DNA from: Myxococcota bacterium
Lineage (GTDB): Bacteria > Myxococcota_A > UBA9160 > UBA4427
NCBI GenBank assembly: GCA_036336835.1
Contig: JAYZFK010000082.1
Location: forward strand, 1-64,000
Length of the DNA stretch: 64,000 bases
Direction: 5' to 3'
The position numbers were made by a program, and so were the translations under genes. Every line of letters begins with the position of its first letter. The first letter of the stretch is position 1. This document shows positions 41,425 through 51,467 of the stretch, one piece after another. A model generated the notes under the pieces. That model was given only the letters and a program-made list of their open reading frames with translations, did no database searches and was not told the origin of the DNA.

Positions 41425-43359
41425 TCAGCCCGGCATCGGCTCGGGGTCGGGAAGCTTGCCGTCCGCGACCTCGTCGTCCGTCTCTTCGGGAGAAACGGGC
41501 GGCGTCTCGGACGGGTCTTCGTCGCCCCCGGACTCGACCGGGCTCGGCAACGGGGGGAGCGATGCACCCTTCATAATCAACGCGAGATCGCTGGTCTCGA
41601 GCGTTTCACGTTCGAGCAGGGCCTGGGCGATGGTCTCGAGCTTGTCGCGGTGTTGTTCGAGCTGACTCTTGGCCTCGGCGTAGTTCCCGTGAAGGATCAC
41701 CGTGATCTCCTGGTCGATCTCGCGCGCCATAAAGCTGCTGTAGTCCTTGCGCGCCACGATGTCGCGACCCAGGAAGACATCACCGCCCTCCGGATTCGAG
41801 TAGGCAACAGGCCCGAGCTTGTCGCTCATGCCGTACTCGCAGATCATGCGGCGCGCCCAGTCGGTCGCCTGCTGCAGATCGTTGGATGCGCCTGTCGACA
41901 GATGGCCGAAGACCAGCTCCTCGGCCGCACGCCCCCCCATGGCGTGCTTGATGATCGCCAGGATCTGCAAGCGCGTGTAGTTGAGGCGATCCTCGACTGG
42001 GAGCGTCTGCGTCAGACCGAGCGCCATGCCGCGCGGGATGATGGTCACCTTGTGAACGGGATCGGAATCCTCGGTCAGGAGCGCAACGAGCGCGTGCCCC
42101 GCCTCGTGGTAGGCGGTGATGCGCTTGTCCTCCTCACTCATGATCATGCTGCGCCGCTCGGCTCCGAGCAGCACTTTATCCTTGGCATGCTCGAAGTCGC
42201 TCCGCGCGACCCGTGCGACATCGCGGCGCGCTGCCAGCAGCGCCGCCTCGTTGACCAGGTTCTGCAGGTCTGCGCCGGCGAAGCCCGGAGTCCCGCGCGC
42301 GATCACCCCGAGATCGACGTCGCTCTCGAGCGGCACGCGGCGGACGTGGATGCGCAGGATCTGCAGCCGCCCGCGCACGTCGGGGCGCGGCACGACGACG
42401 CGGCGATCGAAGCGGCCCGGACGCAGCAGCGCAGGGTCGAGCACGTCGGGGCGGTTGGTGGCCGCGATCAGGATCACGCCCTCGTTGCTCTCGAAGCCGT
42501 CCATCTCGACTAGCAGCTGATTGAGCGTCTGCTCGCGCTCGTCGTGACCGCCGCCAAGGCCAGCGCCGCGGTGCCGACCGACCGCGTCGATCTCGTCGAT
42601 GAAGATGATGCAGGGGGCTTGCTTCTTGCCCTGCTGGAACAGATCGCGGACGCGCGAGGCGCCGACGCCTACGAACATCTCGACGAAGTCCGAGCCGGAG
42701 ATCGAGAAGAAGGGCACGGCTGCCTCACCGGCCACGGCACGCGCCAGCAGCGTCTTGCCGGTACCCGGCGGTCCCACGAGCAGGACACCCTTCGGAATTC
42801 GGCCACCGAGGCGCGTGAACTTCTTCGGCTCGCGCAGAAACTCGATGATCTCTTCGAGCTCGGCCTTGGACTCCTCGATGCCCGCGACGTCCTCGAAGGT
42901 CACCCGCTGCTGGTTCTCGGTCAGCAGGCGCGCGCGCGACTTGCCGAAGCTCATGGCCTTGCCGCCGCCGGACTGCATCTGGCGGATGAAGAAGATCCAC
43001 AGGCCAATGAACAGCACGAGGGGGAACCACATCAGCATGATCTGGCGCCAGAAGCTGCTCTCTGCCTTGGGCTCGAACTTGAAGGTAATGCCGCGCTCGT
43101 TGAGCGATGTCGCGAGCTCGGAGGCGGCCTCCGGCGGTGCGTAGGTGGCGAACTCGCCGCTATCACCGAGCTTGCCGGTGATATGACCGTCCTCGATCGT
43201 GACGTCCGAGATATCGCCGTCTGCCAGCTCGGTCAGGAACTCGCTATAGGCGATTTCAGGAGGTGCCGTCTCCTCTTGCCGGAGCAGGGTCACGAGCAGG
43301 AGGATCACCACCAGGATCACGACCCAGAGCGCCATGTTCTTGTAGAACTGCTGGTTCAA
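41425..43359 (-). CDS. ftsH: ATP-dependent zinc metalloprotease FtsH
   Basis: Two TMs, [40 protein letters not shown]. Confidence 0.98.
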   Translation of the reverse strand: MNQQFYKNMALWVVILVVILLLVTLLRQEETAPPEIAYSEFLTELADGDISDVTIEDGHITGKLGDSGEFATYAPPEAASELATSLNERGITFKFEPKAESSFWRQIMLMWFPLVLFIGLWIFFIRQMQSGGGKAMSFGKSRARLLTENQQRVTFEDVAGIEESKAELEEIIEFLREPKKFTRLGGRIPKGVLLVGPPGTGKTLLARAVAGEAAVPFFSISGSDFVEMFVGVGASRVRDLFQQGKKQAPCIIFIDEIDAVGRHRGAGLGGGHDEREQTLNQLLVEMDGFESNEGVILIAATNRPDVLDPALLRPGRFDRRVVVPRPDVRGRLQILRIHVRRVPLESDVDLGVIARGTPGFAGADLQNLVNEAALLAARRDVARVARSDFEHAKDKVLLGAERRSMIMSEEDKRITAYHEAGHALVALLTEDSDPVHKVTIIPRGMALGLTQTLPVEDRLNYTRLQILAIIKHAMGGRAAEELVFGHLSTGASNDLQQATDWARRMICEYGMSDKLGPVAYSNPEGGDVFLGRDIVARKDYSSFMAREIDQEITVILHGNYAEAKSQLEQHRDKLETIAQALLERETLETSDLALIMKGASLPPLPSPVESGGDEDPSETPPVSPEETDDEVADGKLPDPEPMPG

Positions 43360-43516
43360 GGTTTCTCCCGACGCGCCACGCTTCTACCGCCCGGATCACA
43401 GGGCGCTGTCCCCAAGGGTGCTCCACAGCGCCGCTGCAACACGAGAGACCCCAGCAGCCGAACGGGAGTTCGCAGCAAGGCCAGTGTGCGTTCCATACTC
43501 GACTGCTCCCGCGAGG

Positions 43517-44551
43517 TTAGCACTCGCTCGGACTCGCCACCGGGACAGGACGGGTAGGCCACTCGAGAACGAACGTCTCCCGCTCCGCGTACAGACGCAG
43601 CCCGCCCGGGAGCTCGATCACCTTGCCGGGCGTAGCCAGCTTCCCTCGTCTCAGAAAAGCCAGGACTCGCTCGATGTGACGCTGAGTCAGCTCCCGTCCG
43701 CCGCCGGCCCGCTCGATCAGCCGCTTCACCACCCGCTGTGCGAGCGGCTCGGGCAGCTCGATCCAGTGGTCTCGCTCAATCACGCTGCGTCCTTCCTGGC
43801 TCTGGACCCGCTGGGCGAACTCGCGAGCCACCAGTGCATCGATCCACTCCGCGTCCCTACGATGTGCTTCGGCAAGCCTGCCGAGAGTCCTGAGCAGCTG
43901 GGGATTGAAGCTGCGTGCGAGCTGCGGGAGCCAGTGGTGGCGCAGCCGGTTGCGCGCGTAGGCGTCGCTGGCGTTGGAGGCATCCTCGCGGAATCGCAGA
44001 CCGCGCTCCGCGGCGTAGGCCTCGAGATCCACGCGAGCGACGGCGAGTAGCGGGCGCATGATGCGGCCGTCGGGCGAGGCCACCGGGATGCCGGCGAGTC
44101 CGTCGGGCGCGCAGCCGCGCAGCAGGCGCAGCAATACGGTCTCAGCCTGGTCGTCGGCAGTGTGGGCGGTCGCGATGACGTCGGCTTCTAGCTTCTGGAG
44201 CATTCGGCGGAGCGCCGCGTAGCGCAGACGCCGGGCCGCCTCCTGAAGCGTTGGACGCGAGCGGCTGGAGCCGCCTTCGCGCAGCGCCTGCGGGTCGACG
44301 CGCTCCAGTGCGAACGGGAGATCCAGACCCGTCGCCAGCTCGCCGACGAAGCGCGCGTCGGCCTCCGACGCCTCGCCGCGCAGGCCGTGATCGACGTGAC
44401 CCACCGACAGCTCGAGCTCGAACCGGTCCTGGAGTCCCAGCAGGCTGTGCAACAGCGAGACGGAGTCGAGCCCGCCCGAGACGGCCACCAACAGATGGCG
44501 ACCCCGGAGATCGAGGGCATCGAGCGCCCGCCCGACTTCACGCTGGATCAT
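43517..44551 (-). CDS. tilS: tRNA(Ile)-lysidine synthase (short form)
   Basis: AVSGGLDS, HVDHGLRG, ARRLRY, TAHTADDQAETVL, RPLL, EDASN...RNRLR; upstream of ftsH. Confidence 0.93.
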   Translation of the reverse strand: MIQREVGRALDALDLRGRHLLVAVSGGLDSVSLLHSLLGLQDRFELELSVGHVDHGLRGEASEADARFVGELATGLDLPFALERVDPQALREGGSSRSRPTLQEAARRLRYAALRRMLQKLEADVIATAHTADDQAETVLLRLLRGCAPDGLAGIPVASPDGRIMRPLLAVARVDLEAYAAERGLRFREDASNASDAYARNRLRHHWLPQLARSFNPQLLRTLGRLAEAHRRDAEWIDALVAREFAQRVQSQEGRSVIERDHWIELPEPLAQRVVKRLIERAGGGRELTQRHIERVLAFLRRGKLATPGKVIELPGGLRLYAERETFVLEWPTRPVPVASPSEC

Positions 44552-44756
44552 CGAGCGCAAGCGTAGACCAGGAAATGGGTTGTGTAGAGCGGCATGGAGT
44601 GAATCGACAACGAGTCTTTCGGCCCACTGCGTGAGGTTCCAGACCCCATGTGAAAAACCCTAGCCGTCGCGAGCGCCCCGGGAATCGATCTGCGCGAGGC
44701 ACCATCAGCTCCTCGAAGTACTCCAGGCGAGGTGAAATACAACCGAATCGAATGAG

Positions 44757-44772
44757 CGGCACGCGACTTGCT
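44757..44772 (+). promoter_or_regulatory. sigma54 (-24/-12) promoter
   Basis: CGGCACG-CGAC-TTGCT against the consensus TGGCACG-N4-TTGCW; about 40 nt upstream of the 44815 ORF and its AGGAG RBS. Confidence 0.65.
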
Positions 44773-44814
44773 TATAACTTGCTTCTAGTTGGCGGCGACT
44801 AGCAGGAGCATCCC

Positions 44815-45324
44815 GTGCACTTCCGACGATTGCGATCGAGTTACATGCTAGGGATCGGCGCCGCGGCTGTCGGACTTCTCACAGCCACGGTCCAGGCAAC
44901 CCCGACCGACCCCTCTCTGGCGCTGCGCGCCGCGAGCGCGACGAGCGGCCGGGTCGTGATGCTTCGCATCGAGGGGAGCTTCCATGCGAGTGATCTCACG
45001 CAGGTGGCGTTCCCGCTCCAGGTTCTGGTCAGGGATCTCGACTCCGGTGCCGACTACCTGCGATACGACATCGCGCGCGGCGGCTTCAGCGGAACGGACT
45101 GGATGCTCGCCGACGGGCTGCAGGCGCGCGACGTGACCGGACTGCTGGCGGGCGGGACACCCGAGCCGACGGCGCAGCTGCTCGAGCTCAGCGAGGACCG
45201 CATCGACCTCACGCTCCCGAGCGAGTTCGCCGGGAGGCGGGTCGAGGTTCAGCTCTTCGTAGTGCACGGGGGCACAGCCGTGCTCTCGAACCCCCTTTCG
45301 CTCAGGATTGGAGAGGCGTCGTGA
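44815..45324 (+). CDS. Secreted hypothetical protein, possibly an Ig/IPT-like beta fold
   Basis: AGGAG RBS; signal peptide (GIGAAAVGLLTATVQA); beta-rich with C-terminal VEVQLFVVHGGTAVLSNPLSLRI; GTGA overlap with the next gene. Confidence 0.7.
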   Translation: MHFRRLRSSYMLGIGAAAVGLLTATVQATPTDPSLALRAASATSGRVVMLRIEGSFHASDLTQVAFPLQVLVRDLDSGADYLRYDIARGGFSGTDWMLADGLQARDVTGLLAGGTPEPTAQLLELSEDRIDLTLPSEFAGRRVEVQLFVVHGGTAVLSNPLSLRIGEAS

Positions 45325-46841
45325 TGCGGCGCGCTGGTCTCATCCTCGCGCTGCTTGGATCGACGCTCCTCGGGAGTGTCTGCGAGAGTGGACCGGACTC
45401 CGTGCTGGCAGGAGACCCGGCTGACCCCGTGACCGGACTGGTCTACGAGATCGTTCCCGGTGCGCCGCGCATCGCTGCCGGACCAGACGGCTCGTTCGGA
45501 ACTGACGACGATCAGGTCGGTCCCGAGATCGGGGACATCGACCTGGTGATTCGCTCGCTTGCAAGCTTCGTAGGCGCAATCCCGCCGACTGCACCACGAC
45601 GCGCGGGCGGCGCGATCCCGACCGTCGTGGCGGGGCGTCTGGGTGTCGGCACGGGCATCCCGTTCAGTCTCGCGCTGACCGACGGCGTCCTGCCGTTGGG
45701 CCCGCCGGTTGTACTCGACGACCTCTCGGACCTCCCGATGCTGGTGCTCGCGTATGCGGATTTCGACGGCGATGGCTACATCGGAATCACGCAGCTCGAT
45801 GGCGATGCGCTCGACAGCGATGTCGAGGAGGCCGAGCTCGTTCCCATCGCGCGTCGCTATGCGTTCCTCCCACAGACTACGACCTCGGGTGAACTCTTCG
45901 CTCAGGCAGGTGGGCCACCGGGCGCCGAGCTCGACGTGGTGCTCTCGGTCGTCACCTGGGCGGGCCGACGGCGGCCCGGTTTCTTCTCGGGCGCCGTGCC
46001 GGACGGCCCAGCGCTCATGACGCGCCTCCCGTTCCATCCACTGACGAGCGTCCTCGACACCCTGGGCGACGATCCCGGTCCGGCGAGCGCTGGCTCACTG
46101 GTCGGCGCCGAGGTCCGGCCCGCCTTCGAGCCGGACCCCGGCGACCCGGCGATCGGCGAGGCGTTCACCATGCTGCTGGACGGCTCCCAGCCCTCTACCG
46201 ATCGGGCAAGAATCCGGTCGAGCGAGTTCGTCCGCTTCGGACTTGCCGTCACGCCCAAGGCCGACTTCTTCGACGACATGCCGTCGCGCCCGTTGCGGCC
46301 CGGGTTCGACGACGCAGGAGCACGCGTGCTCTACGAGATCCTGCACCAGCTCAGCCTGCCAGACGATGGATCCTCGAGCGAGGCCACCGTGCGCGTGGTT
46401 CCGCTCGACGCATTTGGCAATATCGCGTCGCTCCCGATCGGCGAAACAGTCGAGCTGGAGGCATCGGGCTCACTCGAGATCCGCTGGCCGGACCGCGACG
46501 GGGATGTGCAACGCGAATCGCTCTCGATCCGCGACGGGCGGGGAGCGGATATCGTGATCGACGACTCCGGCGGCGCCCTGGACGACGCCGACTGGGGCCG
46601 CTTGACCGTCACGTCGCCCAGCGGGATCTACTTCCTCGACGTCAGCATTCCCGACCCGGATGTGGATGATTCCGGCCTCGTCGACTTCGGCGATCTCATG
46701 CTGATCGGGGCTCTGGACGGCGCGCGCGTCGGCGAGGCCGAGTATGACAGTCGGTTCGACCTGGACGGCAACGGGCGGCTCCAGGACGACGACCTGGACG
46801 AGGCCGCAAGTCATCTGGGCGCGGCGGTCACGATTCCCTGA
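45321..46841 (+). CDS. Secreted acidic protein with multiple Ca-binding DxDxDG loops and a C-terminal dockerin/EF-hand-like pair
   Basis: Signal peptide with Cys (LLGSTLLGSVC); AGPDGSFGTDDD, DFDGDGYIG, DRDGD, DVDDSGLVDFGDL...DLDGNGRLQDDDL. Confidence 0.72.
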   Translation: MMRRAGLILALLGSTLLGSVCESGPDSVLAGDPADPVTGLVYEIVPGAPRIAAGPDGSFGTDDDQVGPEIGDIDLVIRSLASFVGAIPPTAPRRAGGAIPTVVAGRLGVGTGIPFSLALTDGVLPLGPPVVLDDLSDLPMLVLAYADFDGDGYIGITQLDGDALDSDVEEAELVPIARRYAFLPQTTTSGELFAQAGGPPGAELDVVLSVVTWAGRRRPGFFSGAVPDGPALMTRLPFHPLTSVLDTLGDDPGPASAGSLVGAEVRPAFEPDPGDPAIGEAFTMLLDGSQPSTDRARIRSSEFVRFGLAVTPKADFFDDMPSRPLRPGFDDAGARVLYEILHQLSLPDDGSSSEATVRVVPLDAFGNIASLPIGETVELEASGSLEIRWPDRDGDVQRESLSIRDGRGADIVIDDSGGALDDADWGRLTVTSPSGIYFLDVSIPDPDVDDSGLVDFGDLMLIGALDGARVGEAEYDSRFDLDGNGRLQDDDLDEAASHLGAAVTIP

Positions 46842-46885
46842 GACGGCGCGACAGCGACCGTGCTCTGGCGTCGCCAGGAGCAGCG

Positions 46886-47530
46886 ATGGACACTTCTCAG
46901 CCAGACTCAGTCCAGCAGATGGACGCATTCGACCAGGAGTCGGACGCGATCCGCACGCTGCTCCTCGTGATCGTCGCGGTCCTCGCGCGACGCAGCAGCA
47001 TCTCGCCAACCGAGCTGGACGCGGTCTTCTCGGTCGCCGGCGATCTGGTCCGTGCGCGCTGGGGACCGCACTCCGTGGCAGAGCGGGAAGTCAACGGCTG
47101 TCGCGAGGACTTGACCGGGTCTGCGCCCCACGCACAGAAGGCCCCAGCACCGGAGGATGGCTCCCACTGGGAGCGCGAGCGGCCGATCGAGGTTCTTCAT
47201 CAAGTGGCGGACGCGATTCGCACGCTGCTCATCGTGGCCATCGCCGCGCTCAGGGGCGCGGGCCGGATCTCGCAACGCGAGTTGGACGCGGTCTTCTCTG
47301 CGGGGGGGGATCTGGTCCGTCAGCGCTGGGGGCCGCACTCGGCGGCGGGCATCGTGATCAACGGCTGCCAGGACGACCTGACCGAGGCGCTCTCGGCGTT
47401 GGGCATGCACGGCGCGGGCAGGACTCGGACCGGGCTCTCCCCGGCGAGCACCGAGCAACGCTGCGAGGCGGGGAACGCGCCGCCTGCCAGTCGATCCGCC
47501 CCCCTCGTTGCGCCGGCTCCCGGGAGCTGA
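46886..47530 (+). CDS. Hypothetical protein with two copies of a 58-aa unit
   Basis: AGGAG RBS; DAIRTLL...ELDAVFS..GDLVR.RWGPHS....NGC..DLT occurs twice. Confidence 0.7.
   Translation: MDTSQPDSVQQMDAFDQESDAIRTLLLVIVAVLARRSSISPTELDAVFSVAGDLVRARWGPHSVAEREVNGCREDLTGSAPHAQKAPAPEDGSHWERERPIEVLHQVADAIRTLLIVAIAALRGAGRISQRELDAVFSAGGDLVRQRWGPHSAAGIVINGCQDDLTEALSALGMHGAGRTRTGLSPASTEQRCEAGNAPPASRSAPLVAPAPGS
46943..47383 (+). repeat. Intragenic direct repeat: 174-nt units at 46943-47116 and 47210-47383
   Basis: Manual alignment gives 37/58 identical amino acids; DNA similarity is visible (ggacgcgat.cgcacgctgctc..., ggacgcggtcttctc, gatctggtccgt, gcgctggggN.ccgcactc, tcaacggctg). Confidence 0.9.
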
Positions 47531-47576
47531 CCTTCCCGCCGGGCGGCACGAGCCGAACCGGCGCTGCGAAGCCCGC

Positions 47577-48446
47577 TCAAACGACCGCTGACGCCGTCCC
47601 GAGCAGCGCGCGGGTGGCGTCTGGCTTGTCGACCCACACGTCGCAGTGCACGCGCTCGCGGGTTCCCTCCGGCTCGCGCTCGCGCACCTTGCCGTGCACG
47701 CGGATGCTCTCGTCGCACCAGATCACGTTGGTGAGCTTGACCGACATCTTGCCGCCCTCGAGCCACCCCTGGCCGAATCGGTCGAGCATGATCTGCGATA
47801 CGAAGCAGGTGGACATCATTCCCTGGACGACGATGCGCGGGAAGCCGAGCTTCTTCGCCTGGTCGGCGTCGGTGTGGTAGTTCGCGCCAGGCCCCGAGAA
47901 CATCCAGCAGCGCCGTTGGTCGATCGTGTGCTCGACGCTCGAGAGATCCTCGCCCGTGGCCGTGGGGAAGACCGGGCGGGACTTCGAGTCCTTTGTCTTC
48001 GCAGTGCCCTCGTCGACGACGAAGCCGTCGCCCTCCCCGTCCTCGGGCTTCGGCGGCAGGAACGATTGATGGGTCCGGCCCCGAACGAGCAGCCGGCCCT
48101 GCTGCGCATCGAGGACGTCGGTCTCGTTGACGACGTAGTTCCGGCCGCGCTTGTGGTAGCGCGAGACGATCGTCGAGCGCGTGCGAATGCAGCTGCCTAT
48201 CTCGATCGGGGCAAACAGCTCCCAGTCCTGCTGCGCGTGCAGGTTCCCGAACAAGTTCGCGAGATACCACTCGCCTACGAAGCGGAAGCACTCGGAGTGA
48301 TGGAGCAGCGGCGGCGCCACGTGCTGGTAGAGCGGGTGATGATCGTCGAGGGCATCCTGGTAGAAGTCGACGACCTCCGGGGTGATCTCGTACTCGTTGA
48401 TGCCGCAGTGGCGGCCGACGTGGGCGGGCTGTCCGGTCAGGTTCAC
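47577..48446 (-). CDS. Double hot-dog (MaoC-like) fused dehydratase-family protein
   Basis: N half FYQDALDDHHPLY..VAPP...LHAQQDWELFAPI; C half NYHTDADQAKKLGFPRIVVQGMMS; GGAGGA RBS. Confidence 0.8.
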   Translation of the reverse strand: MNLTGQPAHVGRHCGINEYEITPEVVDFYQDALDDHHPLYQHVAPPLLHHSECFRFVGEWYLANLFGNLHAQQDWELFAPIEIGSCIRTRSTIVSRYHKRGRNYVVNETDVLDAQQGRLLVRGRTHQSFLPPKPEDGEGDGFVVDEGTAKTKDSKSRPVFPTATGEDLSSVEHTIDQRRCWMFSGPGANYHTDADQAKKLGFPRIVVQGMMSTCFVSQIMLDRFGQGWLEGGKMSVKLTNVIWCDESIRVHGKVREREPEGTRERVHCDVWVDKPDATRALLGTASAVV

Positions 48447-48528
48447 GGTGCGTCCTCCGATGGTCGAACGTGTAGCGCGTTGGCTGGCGGGCGCCCGGCG
48501 GCTCGCCTATGCCTGCAGCGAGGTGGAA

Positions 48529-50046
48529 GTGACCGTGCACAACGTGGGCGGCTGGACTGCGCGCTGGGCCCGGGTGGCGCCCGACCGGCTTGCGGTGGTC
48601 GACGGCGATCTGCGTTTGACCTACGCCGAGTTCGATGACCGGGTGGCTCGCACCGCCGGCTGGCTCGCCGGGCGTGGCGTCGCCCGGGGGGACCGGGTGG
48701 CGATCGTGTCGTCGAATTGCGCCGCCTACCTCGAGCTGGTGCTCGGGGCGGCGCGCGTCGGAGCGCTGTCCGTGCCGATCAACACACGACTGTCGCCCCG
48801 GGAGCTGGCGTTCCAGCTCGATGACTGTCGGCCGGCGTTGGTCGTCTGCGAGCCGGCGTTGCGCGAAACACTACTGGCCGCGGGCACTCAGACCTCGCAC
48901 GAGCTCGCTCAACTGGTCGAGGTCGGCGACCGCTACGACCGCGAGCTGGCAATCGCGCCGGCGTCCGGCGTGACGCCAGTCGCCGCCGACGATCCGATGA
49001 TGATCCTGTACACCTCGGGCACGACGGGCTCACCGAAAGGAGCCGTGCTCCCCCATCGCAAGACCCTCTACAACGCGCTCAATGCCCAGCTGTACTTCGG
49101 CATCCGCAGTGGCGAGGACCGCGTGCTGGTCGCGAGTCCGCTGTTCCACTCGCTAGGCCTCAAGATTTTGTCGCTGCCCGTGTTGTATGCGGGCGGCACG
49201 CTGGTGCTGCTTCGACGGTTCGATCCGGCGGAGTTCTGGCGGGCCGTGACACGCGAGCGGATCACCTACTCGGGCGGAGTGCCAACACAGTATCGCCGAC
49301 TGCTCGAGCAGCTCGGGGGCGCGGCGCGCGAGCTCGATCGCAGCAGCCTGCGCTTCCTGTTCACGGCGGGGGCAGCTGTGGCACCGGAGACGGTACGGGC
49401 CTACCAGCGCCAGGGCCTCGTACTGAAGCAGGGCTTCGGGCAGACGGAGACCTCCATCCTGTGCTGCCTGCACGAGGACGACGCGGTGCGGAAGGCGGGC
49501 AGCGTCGGCCGCCCGGTGTTCCACGCCGAGCTTCGGATCGTCGACCGCGAGTGCTGCGCCGATCCACCTGAAGACTGGCGCGAGGTCGCGTCGGGCGAGG
49601 TCGGCGAGATCGTCGTGCGCGGGCCGATCACGATGCTCGGCTACTGGGAGCGGCCCGACGACAGCGCCGAGACCCTCCGCGGCGACTGGCTGAGGACCGG
49701 TGACCTCGCTTCACGCGACGACGAGGGCTTCGTCACGCTCACCGGCCGGGCGCACGACATGTATATCTCGGGCGGCGAGAACGTCTATCCCGCGGAGATC
49801 GAGAGTGTGCTGGCCGAGCATCCGGCGATTCGCGAGGTGGCCGTGATCGCGGTACCCGATCCCGACTGGGGCGAGGCCGGGCGCGCCCACGCGGTGCTCG
49901 AAGCCGGGGCGACGCTGCGGCTCGAGCAGCTGCGCCACTGGGCCTCCGAACGACTCGCGCGCTTCAAGCTCCCCCGCGAGCTCGTGATCGTCACCAGCCT
50001 GCCGCGCACGGCCAGCGGCAAGGTCCAGAAGCACGAGCTCGGCTAG
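48529..50046 (+). CDS. Acyl-CoA synthetase (AMP-forming, FadD/MenE-like)
   Basis: YTSGTTGSPKGA, PLFH, QGFGQTE, LRTGDL, GGENVYPAEIE, PRTASGKVQK; start approximate. Confidence 0.9.
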   Translation: MTVHNVGGWTARWARVAPDRLAVVDGDLRLTYAEFDDRVARTAGWLAGRGVARGDRVAIVSSNCAAYLELVLGAARVGALSVPINTRLSPRELAFQLDDCRPALVVCEPALRETLLAAGTQTSHELAQLVEVGDRYDRELAIAPASGVTPVAADDPMMILYTSGTTGSPKGAVLPHRKTLYNALNAQLYFGIRSGEDRVLVASPLFHSLGLKILSLPVLYAGGTLVLLRRFDPAEFWRAVTRERITYSGGVPTQYRRLLEQLGGAARELDRSSLRFLFTAGAAVAPETVRAYQRQGLVLKQGFGQTETSILCCLHEDDAVRKAGSVGRPVFHAELRIVDRECCADPPEDWREVASGEVGEIVVRGPITMLGYWERPDDSAETLRGDWLRTGDLASRDDEGFVTLTGRAHDMYISGGENVYPAEIESVLAEHPAIREVAVIAVPDPDWGEAGRAHAVLEAGATLRLEQLRHWASERLARFKLPRELVIVTSLPRTASGKVQKHELG

Positions 50047-50108
50047 CGCCAGCCGCCTCAGCTCGCGGTCCGGTTCGATCGCCCGCGCATCGAGGAGCAC
50101 GACGGTAG

Positions 50109-51467
50109 CTACTGCCAGGCGCTCGGCGGGAGCACGAAGGGATCCTCGGCTTTCTCGAGCCAGGCCGCGATCTGGTCCGCCAGCTCGCTGCGCTTCTGGG
50201 CGTGGTCGGGATCTTCGGCCAGGTTGTGCAGCTGATAGGGGTCGGCCGCGTTGTCGAACAGCAGCCAAGGTCCGTCGGACCGCACCGCGTAGGTCCAACG
50301 CGCCGTGCGGAAGCCGCGGAAGCGCGGAGCCGGGCGCCGCGCGGGCGGCAGGTGCTCGGTCCGACGGTTCAGGATGTGGAAGATCGGCTGTCCCGCCGGC
50401 TCGGGGCCGGGCTCGCCGCGCAGCCAGGGTGAGTGATCCTGGCCGGCCCAGTCTGGCAGTGGCGGGACCCCCGCCAGTCCCGCGATCGTGGGCGCCATGT
50501 CGATCGCGCCGAAGACCGCATCCACCTGCGTCCCCGCTGGCACCAGTCCCGGCGCCCGCACCAGGAACGGGATGCGGATCGACTCCTCGTACGGGAAGCG
50601 CTTGTTGCTCAAGCCGAACGATCCCTGCATGGCTCCATGGTCCGAGGTGTAGATCACGATCGTGGGGCGATCGAGGTCGAGCGCTTCGAGCCGCGCGAGC
50701 ACGCGGCCGATCTCGTCGTCGATCGCGCTGATGTGCGCGTGATAGCCTTGATACGAGGCAAAGGGCGAGGCGAGCTGCTGCGGAGGGCGGTAGTTGCGCC
50801 GGTAGGACAGCGCCCCTTCCGGGTAGAGCGCTCGCTTCTCGGCGGGTGCATCCGTGAACACCGCATGCGGCGGATTCCAGGACAGCATCAGCAGCCACGG
50901 CCTCGAACGGTGTCGCTCGACGAAGGCGAGCGCCTGCTCGCTCATCACGCGGGCGTTGTAGCCCTCCTCGTTTTGGTGCCAGACATCGCGCACCGCGCCG
51001 ACCCAGCGGCCGCCCGCGTGATCGTCACTGTCCTGCCACACGATCGAGCTGTCGAACCCGAACGCCGTCGCCGTCCAGTTGGCGAGATGGAGCTTGCCGA
51101 CGTAGCCGGTGACGTAGCCGGCCGCCCGAAACGCCGTGGCGATCGTGGGCTCGTGTGCCCGCAAGCCAAATCCGTTGTCGATCACCCCGGTCTGATAGGG
51201 CCAGCGCCCCGACAGCAACATGGCGCGAAACGGCGCGCACAGCGGATAGTTGCTGATGGCGTGAGTAAACGAGGCCCCCTCGGCCGCCAGCCGATCGAGC
51301 GAAGGCGTCTGCAGCTCCGGCATCTCGCTGTGGCCCATCGAGTGCCAGCGATGCTGATCGCTGAACAGCACGATCACGTTCGGCTGCGGCGCGTCGCTCG
51401 GATCGCTGCAGGCGGCCAGCGCGAGCGCTGCGAGCAGGATTGCGCACCCCCGTGCGGCGAAGCTCAT
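50109..51467 (-). CDS. Cys-type (formylglycine) sulfatase, predicted lipoprotein
   Basis: Lipobox LALAAC; PNVIVLFSDQHR; CAPFRAMLLSGR (CxPxR); GKLH; PPH; TSDHG; YEESIRIPF. Confidence 0.9.
   Translation of the reverse strand: MSFAARGCAILLAALALAACSDPSDAPQPNVIVLFSDQHRWHSMGHSEMPELQTPSLDRLAAEGASFTHAISNYPLCAPFRAMLLSGRWPYQTGVIDNGFGLRAHEPTIATAFRAAGYVTGYVGKLHLANWTATAFGFDSSIVWQDSDDHAGGRWVGAVRDVWHQNEEGYNARVMSEQALAFVERHRSRPWLLMLSWNPPHAVFTDAPAEKRALYPEGALSYRRNYRPPQQLASPFASYQGYHAHISAIDDEIGRVLARLEALDLDRPTIVIYTSDHGAMQGSFGLSNKRFPYEESIRIPFLVRAPGLVPAGTQVDAVFGAIDMAPTIAGLAGVPPLPDWAGQDHSPWLRGEPGPEPAGQPIFHILNRRTEHLPPARRPAPRFRGFRTARWTYAVRSDGPWLLFDNAADPYQLHNLAEDPDHAQKRSELADQIAAWLEKAEDPFVLPPSAWQ

Noticed and set aside
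43356..43562. 68-aa ORF between tilS and ftsH (possible hpt remnant)
   Set aside because: It overlaps the tilS end and has no phosphoribosyltransferase motif; more likely the ftsH promoter/leader region
46943..47383. CRISPR or mobile repeat
   Set aside because: Only two degenerate in-frame copies within one ORF; no spacers, cas genes or terminal inverted repeats
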